DNA from: Octopus bimaculoides
Lineage: Eukaryota
Reading direction: 5' to 3'
NCBI RefSeq assembly: GCF_001194135.2
Contig: NC_068990.1
Location: 91,939,283 to 92,003,282 of the forward strand
DNA: 64,000 nucleotides
The notes under the pieces were generated by a model that ran no database searches, was not told the DNA's origin, and worked only from the letters and a program-made list of their open reading frames with translations. The translations under genes were made by a program, and so were the position numbers. Below are positions 1-12,180 of this stretch, in pieces; the stretch's first letter is position 1; the number at the start of each line of letters is the position of its first letter.

Positions 1-58
<58 letters not shown>

Positions 59-150
59 GCATATGTATATATACATATGTATATATATATATGTATATAT
101 ATATATGTATGACTGTGTGTATATATATACATAAGTATTTATATACATAT

Positions 151-428
151 TTTTTTGTTTCTGTAGTTACAGCTCAGAGCTGTGGCCATGCTGGAGCACT
201 GCCGTTTTGCTGCACTGTTATTACTGAGATCCTCCACTAACATGTGGCACTTGGTGACGAATGGAGTTTGATGTAGCTACCCTCATTTGCACGTCTTGCC
301 GTGAGGTAGGTTCGTCTGGGACCCTCGACAGGAAGAGGTGCAGCCTTGCTTTAAAAACGCCTACATCAACTTTGTGCAGGTTCCTCAGGCTCTTTGGGAA
401 AATATTAAAAAGCTGTGGGGCCCCTGAA
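151..428 (-). mobile_element. 3' end of a CR1-group LINE (ORF2 C-terminus plus 3' UTR)
   Basis: Minus frame 428-221 reads SGAPQLFNIFPKSLRNLHKVDVGVFKARLHLFLSRVPDEPTSRQDVQMRVATSNSIRHQV. This matches the FN.LP..LR....FK..LD.FL..VPDEP....AASNSL..Q C-terminus typical of CR1-group RTs. It is followed by the UTR ggcagtgctccagcatggccacagctctgagctg and an A-rich tail. Confidence 0.75.
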
Positions 429-455
429 ATATATATATACATATGTATATATATA

Positions 456-505
<50 letters not shown>

Positions 506-838
506 CATATATATATATACTTGAATATATATATGACTATGTATAAATTGAGGATATATTCACCGAAATGATTATATCAGTAGCTAGCATATAAAAAAAA
601 ACCCACCATGTCGGTAAAATTAATTTTTAAGTATGTAATTATAAAAATATAACTGTAATTAAGAGTGCTGCAGTACCAACGCCCATACGCGAGAAGTAGA
701 TGTCACCTATATATATATGAAAATATGTATGTCATATATATATATATATGAATATATATATGTCAAAAATTACATGAATATATATATGAATAAATATGAA
801 TATATATGAATGAATATATATATATATATATATATTCA

Positions 839-875
<37 letters not shown>

Positions 876-1562
876 NNNNNNNNNNNNNNNNNNNNNNNNN
901 NNNNNNNNNNNNNNNNNNNNNNNNNNNNNNNNNNNNNNNNNNNNNNNNNNNNNNNNNNNNNNNNNNNNNNNNNNNNNNNNNNNNNNNNNNNNNNNNNNNN
1001 NNNNNNNNNNNNNNNNNNNNNNNNNNNNNNNNNNNNNNNNNNNNNNNNNNNNNNNNNNNNNNNNNNNNNNNNNNNNNNNNNNNNNNNNNNNNNNNNNNNN
1101 NNNNNNNNNNNNNNNNNNNNNNNNNNNNNNNNNNNNNNNNNNNNNNNNNNNNNNNNNNNNNNNNNNNNNNNNNNNNNNNNNNNNNNNNNNNNNNNNNNNN
1201 NNNNNNNNNNNNNNNNNNNNNNNNNNNNNNNNNNNNNNNNNNNNNNNNNNNNNNNNNNNNNNNNNNNNNNNNNNNNNNNNNNNNNNNNNNNNNNNNNNNN
1301 NNNNNNNNNNNNNNNNNNNNNNNNNNNNNNNNNNNNNNNNNNNNNNNNNNNNNNNNNNNNNNNNNNNNNNNNNNNNNNNNNNNNNNNNNNNNNNNNNNNN
1401 NNNNNNNNNNNNNNNNNNNNNNNNNNNNNNNNNNNNNNNNNNNNNNNNNNNNNNNNNNNNNNNNNNNNNNNNNNNNNNNNNNNNNNNNNNNNNNNNNNNN
1501 NNNNNNNNNNNNNNNNNNNNNNNNNNNNNNNNNNNNNNNNNNNNNNNNNNNNNNNNNNNNNN

Positions 1563-1603
<41 letters not shown>

Positions 1604-1806
1604 TGTATATATATATGTTTATATGTGTGTATATATATACACACACGTATATGTATACAGATATACACACAAACACACACACACATATATACACATATAT
1701 ACAGGAGAGAGCAAGAAACAAAGACATCACAACAACCCTTTCCCCTGTATGTACACATATATGCATGTGTATACAGATACACTCTATATAGAGAGAGTAT
1801 ATATAT

Positions 1807-1840
<34 letters not shown>

Positions 1841-2536
1841 GGAGTTGTGAACGTGACACAAAGGAGTATTCGATTCTTCAAGCTGAAACAAAAATAGCAA
1901 TTAACGAAGCAACAATGACACCACCCCACCCCTCCGCCCCACCATCATCATCACCATCATCGTTAACACCAACTATATGATAGCCAATAGCTCCATCCAG
2001 TACAACACCTAATTAAATACTAAACACTTCTAGAAAATCGGTGTGCTTGGGGTGAGGGGAGGGAGGAGGTAGAGCAAGAACAGAGTTGGTGGCGACGAGG
2101 GCGAATTCATACACACACACACACACACAGAGAGAGTGGGTCGAGGGGAGAGGATGTATGTGAAATAACACGTGTCATAAATAAAAACGTGCGCGTATAT
2201 GAACGTATATAGATATAGATATACACACACCCATACATCAACTGTGTGCATATATGTGTGTATATTTGTGTTTATACATATACACATGTACATATGCGTA
2301 TATATATATATATATACACACACACATATATATGCATATATACAGACACACACCTATATGAATACATCAATTGTGCACATATGCGTCTGTACATATGATT
2401 GTGTATGAGTCCGTATGTGTGTGTATTACATATATATATATATATATATATATGTATATGAGAGAGAGAGAGAAAGGTGAGTATAGTACCTGTCAAAATC
2501 GACGGTGACATTCTGCCTTTTCAATAACTTAAAAGG

Positions 2537-2722
2537 TACCTATTTTAACGTATATAAGGAACCTTTTTTTGTCAAAAATTAGGTTAAAAAAATATGGGAG
2601 TTTCTTATACATGGATAGTATTATAATCCCTTACAAAACCTTTTTTTTTTCCAAATTTTAAGCCCCAAAATAAAGGACTTCCTTTATACACGAGGGTTCC
2701 TTATACACGTTAAAATATGGTA
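2537..2722. mobile_element. ~186 bp MITE, pogo/Tigger-like termini
   Basis: Terminal inverted repeats tacc-tattttaacgtatataagga (2537-2560) and tccttatacacgttaaaatatggta (2698-2722), about 23/25 match. TA at both ends. Confidence 0.65.
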
Positions 2723-2956
2723 AATACAGCTAACTAAACNNNNNNNNNNNNNNNNNNNNNNNNNNNNNNNNNNNNNNNNNNNNNNNNNNNNNNNNNNNNN
2801 NNNNNNNNNNNNNNNNNNNNNNNNNNNNNNNNNNNNNNNNNNNNNNNNNNNNNNNNNNNNNNNNNNNNNNNNNNNNNNNNNNNNNNNNNNNNNNNNNNNN
2901 NNNNNNNNNNNNNNNNNNNNNNNNNNNNNNNNNNNNNNNNNNNNNNNNNNNNNNNN

Positions 2957-2990
<34 letters not shown>

Positions 2991-3099
2991 CATACACACA
3001 CACCACCACCACTAATTTTAATATGAAAATTCTTATTGTCTGCATTTTAAACTGGTCAGCTACATAGACCATAGATATCTATAATCTGCGCGATCGACT

Positions 3100-4080
3100 G
3101 AGATAGGGCTCACGGACCAAGAACCGGTTACTGGGAGAAGGCTGCAGGGACTGGATTAGCTCGCTAAATCAAGTAGCAGTAGACGGGGGTAATCGTCAAC
3201 GACTGGTGGTGAGGCGCCTTGAAGAGGGCGACTAAATACGAGTCGATAACCTTTATTAAAGAGCAAGTCAGCGAGAGGAAACTGATTAAAGCAAATTAGA
3301 TGAGACGATTAGTAAAAGCATTGATATCGACGAACGAGCAGTAAGAATGGCAGTTGATCATTTCTTCAACGGAAAACGTAAATGCTATGTTGTCTTAGTT
3401 AGTGTTCATGCGTGAAAACCATCTGAGAGGCTCGGCTGGTGGAGGTGTGTAACATGGGAATAAATCCACAATTCGGCCTTCGACGGACCGGTCACGTACT
3501 GTTCAGTTCCAAGACGATATTTACGTCTTACCGGCAACACTTTGTTCGATTTTTCGGAGCGTTAGGTCAGCAACGGTCAAGGAATTTAGTGCCAACCTCG
3601 ACGGTATACAACGGCTCTCGGTTGAAGACGTGAGGTGTTGCGAAAGATCAATGATAGTCACTGGGAAACAGGAAGTAATGAGCGGTTGTACAAAGGACAA
3701 AATACTGCTGGCTTGGATGATCTACCTCATCCGTTTTATGGTTATATGCAGAACAGGAGAATTCTGTTCTGTGAGGGGAGGGGCGGGAGTTTAACGCTGC
3801 TGAGCAAGGATGCAAATAAAGCGGGTATCGGAGATAATTTCCAACTCTAACCCAGCTAAAAGCACAATTAAAGGTTTTCGTCGAGGTGTTAGCAAAGAGA
3901 TTGGGGTCTGTCGCAGGCGGTTTGGTCGGGAAAGCGCCAACACATGCGCTTACAGATTCACTTATGGTAACTGCCCACCTCAAGCAATATATCCTAGAGG
4001 GGTTGAGAAAGAAACCAGGCTTTAGTGGGGTCCTGACCATTTTGTTGATCGAATAAAGACATCCTCAACGTTGACGGAGG
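3100..4080 (+). mobile_element. Decayed Tx1/L1-clade LINE reverse transcriptase fragment
   Basis: Across frameshifts, 3672-4056 reads EVMSGCTKDK-TAGLDDLP...TLLSKDANKAG..DNF-TLTQLKAQLKVFVEVLAKRLGSVAGGLVGKAPTHALTDSL..HLKQYILEGLRKKPGFSGVLT. This resembles Tx1 RT motifs (GKSPGLDGLPY; FRPITLLN..LKILAKVLAKRL..LVGEAQT; HLMRYILE). The 5' boundary is uncertain. Confidence 0.7.
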
Positions 4081-4946
4081 ACGATCCCCACCATCACCAC
4101 CATCATCATCATCTTCATCATCGGTATGGTTGATTATATGTTTATATGCCTGCGCCTTTAATGGGTTGGCCAAGAGTCACCTGACAGTAAATCAAAACCT
4201 CCAAGATTTATTTGTTTAAGAACTGAATGGATTTAATAAAAGTGTCTAAATATGAAACATCATGAAAACTGATCAAACTGAAGTCCTTCATGAGCGACAC
4301 CATTTTTTTCCAAATGAATAAATAAAATTGAATATTAAATATTTATGGAATTTTGATTTACTGTCGAGAGACTTTTGGCCAAACCTNNNNNNNNNNNNNN
4401 NNNNNNNNNNNNNNNNNNNNNNNNNNNNNNNNNNNNNNNNNNNNNNNNNNNNNNNNNNNNNNNNNNNNNNNNNNNNNNNNNNNNNNNNNNNNNNNNNNNN
4501 NNNNNNNNNNNNNNNNNNNNNNNNNNNNNNNNNNNNNNNNNNNNNNNNNNNNNNNNNNNNNNNNNNNNNNNNNNNNNNNNNNNNNNNNNNNNNNNNNNNN
4601 NNNNNNNNNNNNNNNNNNNNNNNNNNNNNNNNNNNNNNNNNNNNNNNNNNNNNNNNNNNNNNNNNNNNNNNNNNNNNNNNNNNNNNNNNNNNNNNNNNNN
4701 NNNNNNNNNNNNNNNNNNNNNNNNNNNNNNNNNNNNNNNNNNNNNNNNNNNNNNNNNNNNNNNNNNNNNNNNNNNNNNNNNNNNNNNNNNNNNNNNNNNN
4801 NNNNNNNNNNNNNNNNNNNNNNNNNNNNNNNNNNNNNNNNNNNNNNNNNNNNNNNNNNNNNNNNNNNNNNNNNNNNNNNNNNNNNNNNNNNNNNNNNNNN
4901 NNNNNNNNNNNNNNTATATATACGTATAGATGTAAGTATGTATGTA

Positions 4947-4989
<43 letters not shown>

Positions 4990-5499
4990 TATATTATTAT
5001 ATGATTGAACGCCACGCATCCTCTTCCAAATATATATGAATGGAACAAAAACGCAATAGAAAGCATTAAAATGTTCGGGCAGATAGACGACACAAATGCT
5101 GACACAAAAGAGAAACAACAATTAGAAGGACAGGCAAAAAAAGACGGGTCGAGGCGGAATGAGATAACGAGAGAAACCGTAAGGAAACAATGAAAAGCTG
5201 TTTTTGAAATGTTTATCTACGTTACAAACAACCATTGGGCTTTTTTTGTAGCTGCTTTTGGTATTGTAAACAGTTTTAGGAATTTGAAATGAGCCATGTT
5301 ACCCATAGCAGACCGCAAATAAAACCATTATACCGAATGTAACATCAACATTTTCGTTTCGTTTTGCTAAGACATCAGCTGATAACATCAAACACATTCG
5401 GCTGTGCCTTTGCCGCATTGATTCAACACCGACCACACCTTCATACAAATTAATGTTGCTGGGACTAATTATAGCAGACGGCACCACACCGTCCAGACA

Positions 5500-6030
5500 C
5501 ATAACTGGGGAATTCTCTGCGTAAAAATAGCAGCCAAAACTCTCTCAAAACAACATTGTATATCTTTAGGAAAGGAGGACATTGTTTAACTGTTTGGTCC
5601 AGGGAGGTTTTCTGCACACGTAGAAATAACAAACGGTCACAACTGGGAAATTTAATACCACAGATTTGACTAAAACTTACACTTGCCAATGGATGGGGGG
5701 AGCCTCTAAGTATTCCTTAGATTTGCTAAAAATAGCAGCCAAATTTCCCATTGTCTTAAGAGGGAGTCTCAGTGGTGATTATATCTGCTAAAAATAGCAG
5801 CCAAATCTCTCTATCGTCTAAAAATAAGCTTCTCCGTGGTAACCAGCTCTTAAAAAGATGGTAACTAGATCTGCTAGAAATAGCAGCCAAATCTTTCCTA
5901 TCGTATTTTTAAGGTGGGGGCATGTTAGATAATGTAGCCGTAGATGCTCTTGGAATGCCTTTGATGATCATAATGTTTTGTTTAATCGGAGTTTGATCTA
6001 GGGGTTTAAAGCAATGGCGACGACGTAACA
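5500..6030 (+). repeat. Family D SINE-like repeat with internal tandem amplification of ctgctaaaaatagcagccaaat
   Basis: Four copies of the motif at ~5519, 5723, 5785 and 5871. Single related copies occur at ~23245(-), 34790(-), 40750, 41845 and 49915. A related 3' end (gggctaaacaacaac-type) occurs at ~16640 and 29165. Confidence 0.6.
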
Positions 6031-6433
6031 ACGACCACACATAATAGTTCATCCAACACCCAGCCACCCACCCCTAACAATACAATAAAAACGCCATCAA
6101 AACTACAAACTCCTGCCTCCAATGCAATGTTATTATTAAATGACAAATCTACCCCAGCCTCCCACCAACCTCTTTCCTTCTCCATCTTCAGCAAAAGGTT
6201 GAACGAGTGCACTTCTCTGCAACTCTTTGATCTAATAATTTGGAAAACAGCATTTTACACAGTAGCCGTCGTCGTCATCGTCATCACCGGCACCACCGCC
6301 GCCGCCGCTTCTACGATTACTATAACTGCTACCCCGACACCGCTACCCGTCTGCCACCTCCGCGGTTGTTATTTACTTGTTAAAACCACGAGAAGAGAGA
6401 GCAAAAAGAGAAACAGAGAAACAGATTAGAGAA

Positions 6434-6465
<32 letters not shown>

Positions 6466-6754
6466 TGTTACACACACACGTGTGAGTGCGTCGGTGCATT
6501 CTGATTACATATATATTATATATATACATATATAATATATATAGAGAGTGCACATGTATGTATGTGAATGCGTAAAGAAAAACAAAGGAAACAAAGAGAA
6601 AGTGAGGAAAATATGAGAGAAATGTCTGGAAAGAACACAAGAGAGAGATGGAAACCGAAGCAGATTAGAGACAGATTGTGTGCGCGCGCGCGTGGATAGA
6701 TATAGCGAGAGAGAGAGAAACAGATAGATGTAGATAGATAGATAGGCAGAGAGG

Positions 6755-6795
<41 letters not shown>

Positions 6796-6870
6796 GAGAG
6801 GGCGAAACCAATAGGTTGCCAGCTTGATAGACAATAATAGAGACAGGTGAAAAGACAGAAAGATGGACAG

Positions 6871-6918
<48 letters not shown>

Positions 6919-7259
6919 TATATGTAGGGGAGAGTCAGGTGGAAGGAAGCTAAAGGAGACCGATTGGTAGGTAGATGGAGAGAGAGAGAGTGGTTTCCAG
7001 AAAGATTGTCACCTCAACAGATCAAATTGATGTAGTTGTTACAGCATCATGTTGTGGTGGTGGTGGTGGTGGTGGTGGAAAGGGCAGTGAGGGCACATGA
7101 TGGGGGCTGGGGGTTGCGATGGCAGAGATAAGTTAATGATGCGGGGGGGTAAAGGAGGAGGTGAAGGTAGGAAAAGGGCAATGAGGGCAGTGGTAAGTAA
7201 GGGGTGGGGGGAGGTTGTAGTGGAGCGAGAGAGTGAGGAGAGGGCAATAAGGTCAGTGA

Positions 7260-7291
<32 letters not shown>

Positions 7292-7419
7292 AGTGACGAT
7301 AAATAAGTCAAGAGGTGGAGCATGTGGGGAGAGGGAGAGGGAGAGAGGAGATAGCAAAATGAGATTGATGTGATGCGAAGAACGAAATACACGAAAGATA
7401 GAGAGAAGACAACAATAGC

Positions 7420-7451
<32 letters not shown>

Positions 7452-8104
7452 CAAAGGAGGAAGACATATTATATATGCACGTGAGAGGAGGAGGAGACTG
7501 TGCGGAGGAGGGGGAGAAGAGCAGATAGTTAAGAGCTAAAAGCGAGATAGACAAAGTCACGACAGGGAGGAGGAGGAAGATGCCGCTGAATCACAGAGAG
7601 AGAGAGAGGAGTAGGAGGAGAAATGGGAGGAGTAAGCGAGGAAGAAAGCACTCAGTAACCTGAGTAGTTATTGATCTTTTCCAGGATTTGCACTTGACCC
7701 AGGTTACTACTGTGACTACTACCACTAGTAACAGCACCCCTCTCTCATACTTACCTTCATTTCTCTCTCTCTCTCTCACTCATACACTATCTCTCTCTCT
7801 CTCTCTATTTATCTGTCGCTTTCTTTCTTGTTAGCTCATTCGTTCGTTCGTTCGTTTTGCTTTGCTTTGCTCGTTTGCTTTATCATCTCTTTTCTACCTT
7901 AGCAGTGCAGCTGATGATATCGCTGCTGCTGCTGATTACTTCTCTGTTCTTGTTGTTGCTATAGTGCCGTTAATTAATATGCACCGATTAACCCCGGCCG
8001 AGTGCAGTACTCTCTCTCTCTCTCTCTCTTATTAGATATGTGTCTGTCTACTTCTCTCTCTCCCTCTCTGTGTTTCTTTCTCTGTATTGTAGCTGTCTAA
8101 AATC

Positions 8105-8170
8105 AGACATAACCGACTCAGCAACTTGATTGGCTGCGCAGGGAGGCAGAGTCACTCGGTGCACACGCAC
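8105..8170. promoter_or_regulatory. Possible core promoter (CCAAT box) at the edge of a CpG-retaining region
   Basis: tgattggct at 8127-8135 is AGCCAATCA on the minus strand (NF-Y consensus), flanked by AP-1-like half sites. No TSS evidence. Confidence 0.25.
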
Positions 8171-8364
8171 AGAAATAAATATCAACAACAACAACGATGA
8201 TGATGATGATGATGATGATACATATTACAACAAAAACGAAATAGGGGAAAATGACATAAAAACGAACAATAAATGAAATATAAAAGAATAATAACAATTT
8301 TACCCCCACATTAAAAAATAGCCAAAGACGCTAATAATAACATAATTATTCATGTACGAATGTG

Positions 8365-8443
<79 letters not shown>

Positions 8444-8889
8444 ATGTATATGAAGACGCACAAAAATCTGTCTACCTACCTACCTACCTATCTATATACA
8501 CACATGCATGTATTATGTGTGTGTGTGTACGTGTATAGATATATACACACACACTATATACATGTGTGTGTGTGTGTGTGTGTACGAGTGTGTGAAACCT
8601 GATTAACCGAATTGTCCAGTGACAATCCTTGCAACACAAGTAGTCCGTGAAATTACATTCCGTTGCCTGTAAAATCCAAAGTTGATACCCCGAAAAATTC
8701 ATAGAATAATAGTAGAAAACACGAATCTCCATTCTTTTGAACGCTATCATCATATATGGTTGTTTGTATGTATTTTACATACGAGGGAGCGTTGATGTAA
8801 TGTCTATTATATAAGTAGTAAGATCATGAAACAACTGTAAACGAATGAAATAAACATCTATTCTCTCACCACACTTATCTGTTTTACAT

Positions 8890-9005
8890 AGGTAGGTAGG
8901 TAGGTAGGTAGGTAGGTAGAGAGGGGGAGATGGATGGATGGATGGACAGACAGACAGACAGCTAGACAGACAGAAAGACAGACAGACAGACAGATAGATA
9001 GAGAT
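8890..9005. repeat. Compound tetranucleotide microsatellite (GGTA)n(GGAT)n(GACA)n(GATA)n
   Basis: Directly visible. Confidence 0.95.
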
Positions 9006-9261
9006 ATGAAGTGATTCGAAACAACTAGCTGAACTGAATAAAGGAGAAATCAGTATGTATAGGGGCCAAAATGAATTGAAGAAAGTTTTGTTGAAGAAGG
9101 GGACAGGTAAAGCCTGCGATATTTTGCTTAAGCCATTGGGGGAAGATGGTCAATAAAAGCCCCTGAAATAGAGGCTGAAAAGGAAGAAGGGTAAAAGAAA
9201 CTGGATTGATGACATCATGGAGATGACAAGATTGGAAATGCAATAATTAACAAGAGCAACA

Positions 9262-9317
<56 letters not shown>

Positions 9318-9522
9318 GTTTCTACTAAAGGCACAAAGTCTGAAATTTTGGGGGAGGGGATTAGACGATTACATCAACCCTTGAAAGGATGAAAAGCAAA
9401 GTTGACCTCGGTGGAATTTGAACTCAGAACGTAGCGGCAGACGAAACATNNNNNNNNNNNNNNNNNNNNNNNNNNNNNNNNNNNNNNNNNNNNNNGTGTG
9501 CTAACAATTCTACTAGCTCACC

Positions 9523-9570
<48 letters not shown>

Positions 9571-10230
9571 GTTTCAAATTTTGCTACAAGGGCAGCCATT
9601 TTGGAGGAAGGGGTGTCGATTACATCAACCCCAGTATTCAACTGGTACTTATTTTATCAACCCTGAAAGGATGAAAGGTAAAGTTGATCTTGGTGGAATT
9701 TGAACTCAGAACATGAATAGCAAGAGAGATGAACCCAGAATGTATACATATATACACACACATATATATGCAAATATATACACAAATACATACATGCGTG
9801 TGTGAAGAAAACATACAAACACACATATATATTAGATATTTTGAAATGTTCATAATACGTCTACAAGCGGTAAAAGCTTTTAGCCATCACTGTGACATAT
9901 AATTGACTCTGGTCAAATGTCTTTTTATAACTGATAGAAAAAGTAGGATAATTAAACCAGACACTTATATGTATGTATACATGCAAACTTACATATATAC
10001 ACACACATGCACAGATATATACATACAAGTGAGATGAGGTCGTTCAATTTTTCTAGGTGAGCAATAACCGAAATTCACAGACTCCAACAGTAACGACCCA
10101 CCCAACCCCATGAGAGCGTAGAAAGCAGACATAAAATGATAATGATGAAGACACACATTATATACATCATCACCTTCATCATCATTTAACATCCGCTTTC
10201 CATGCTAGCATGGGTTGGACAGCTTGACAG

Positions 10231-10440
10231 GAGCTGGCAGAAACGTTAGCACGCCGGGTGAAATGCTTAGCGGTATTTTGTCCATCTTTATGTTCTGAGT
10301 TCAAATTCCACTGAGGTCGATTTTACCTTTCATCCTTTTGGGGTCGATAAATTAAGTACCAGTTGCATACTGGCGTCGAGCTAATCGACTGGCCCCGCCT
10401 CCCCAAAAATTTCGGGCATTGTGCCTATAGTATAAAAGGA
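10231..10440 (+). mobile_element. Family B tRNA-derived SINE (gagctggcagaatcgttagcacg... head), inserted in a family C copy
   Basis: A-box-like tggcagaa and B-box gagttcaaattcc; conserved body gtcgactttgcctttcatcctttcggggtcgataaattaagtacc. Other copies at ~9315-9450(-), 9495-9720(-), 11595-11683(-), 13560-13690(+), 24350-24580(-) and 49650-49800(+). Confidence 0.85.
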
Positions 10441-10791
10441 GCTGGCTCGACAAAAGAATGCGCTAGGCTTTTGTCTGTTTTGACACGGTTTTTACAGCTG
10501 GATGCCCTTCTTAGCACTAACCACCAAGTAGAGTACAATGACTCTCTACATGGCCCCAGCACAGGTGAGATCAGTTTTGGCCAGGTTTTTACAGTTGGAT
10601 GCCCTTACAAACACCAACCACTTTACAGAGTGGACTGGATTCTTTTTACATGGTGCCAAGACTGGTAGGGTCACCAAGTAACATGCAAGACAAGGAATTT
10701 GAAAGGGGAAGGAGCACTGGAGGAGGTGATTTTTGCCAGGTGATGGAAGGTTAAAGTGTGGCTGAGAAACAGAAACAGGTGTCTTGCTGTA

Positions 10792-10828
<37 letters not shown>

Positions 10829-10838
10829 ATATATATAT

Positions 10839-11193
10839 AGGTGCAGGAGTGGCTGTGTGGTAAGTAGCTTGCTTACCAACCACATGATTCCGGGTTCAGT
10901 CCCACTGAGTGGCACCTTGGGCAAGTGTCTTCTACTATAGCCTCGGGCCTACCAAAGCCATGTGAATAGATTTGGTAGACAGAAACTGAAAGAAGCCTGT
11001 CGTATATGTGTTTGTTTAACCTCCCCCTCCTCCAACATCACTTGACAACCGATGCTGGTGTATGTATGTCCCTGTAACTTAGAGGTTTGGCAAGAGACCA
11101 AGAGAATAAGTACTAGGCTTACAATGAATAAGTCCTAGGATCAATTTGCTCAACTAAAGCCGGTGCTCCAGCATGGCCACAGTCAAATGACTA
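10839..11193 (+). mobile_element. Family A tRNA-derived SINE, full length
   Basis: Head aggtgcaggagtggctgtgtggtaag...gggttcagtcccact, CORE-like ggcaccttgggcaagtg, internal microsatellite, tail ggtgctccagcatggccacagtcaaatgact. At least 12 related copies in the window. Confidence 0.85.
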
Positions 11194-11548
11194 TACATAC
11201 ATAGACACACATATACATTAAATCAAATTAAACCTTATAAACACAAATCCGAAATAGCAAAATGTGGGGAACATAGATAATGTACCCCTGCATTATGCAA
11301 AAAGAAGGAACTGTATTGAGAGGGAAAACATTTTCAGAAAATGAATGAATGATGGTGGTGGTGAGAGGCATGAGTTTCAGTGTGAGGAGAAGAGGGGAGG
11401 CGAAGTGGGGAGGAAGGGGATGTGAGGAACCACGGTTTTGTCAATGGAATCAATGGTGCAAGGGAAAGATCTGTCAGGTCTACTGCAGTTTATTGGAGAT
11501 AATTGTGTAACATGTAATGGTGAAGCTCAGAACAACATCAATAATAAC

Positions 11549-11594
<46 letters not shown>

Positions 11595-12133
11595 TTTCTT
11601 TCTACTGGAAGTACAAGGCCTAAAATTTGGGGGAAGGGATTAAAGTGATTACATCGACCCCAGTGCATAACTGGTGCTTATTTANNNNNNNNNNNNNNNN
11701 NNNNNNNNNNNNNNNNNNNNNNNNNNNNNNNNNNNNNNNNNNNNNNNNNNNNNNNNNNNNNNNNNNNNNNNNNNNNNNNNNNNNNNNNNNNNNNNNNNNN
11801 NNNNNNNNNNNNNNNNNNNNNNNNNNNNNNNNNNNNNNNNNNNNNNNNNNNNNNNNNNNNNNNNNNNNNNNNNNNNNNNNNNNNNNNNNNNNNNNNNNNN
11901 NNNNNNNNNNNNNNNNNNNNNNNNNNNNNNNNNNNNNNNNNNNNNNNNNNNNNNNNNNNNNNNNNNNNNNNNNNNNNNNNNNNNNNNNNNNNNNNNNNNN
12001 NNNNNNNNNNNNNNNNNNNNNNNNNNNNNNNNNNNNNNNNNNNNNNAGCGAGGAATAGGTTAGTTCTGAACGGTGTTTAAGTAAGTAATAAGTGGATAAA
12101 ACTTGCAATAAAGTTTTAATGAAAACTTCTTTC

Positions 12134-12180
<47 letters not shown>

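Noticed and set aside
732-1929. Long ORFs of 250-390 aa (also 4288-5121, 25772-26746, 29599-30292, 43676-44494, 47862-48458)
   Set aside because: They are open only because they cross N-gaps and (TA)n/(CA)n tracts; the residues are X, YI and CV repeats.
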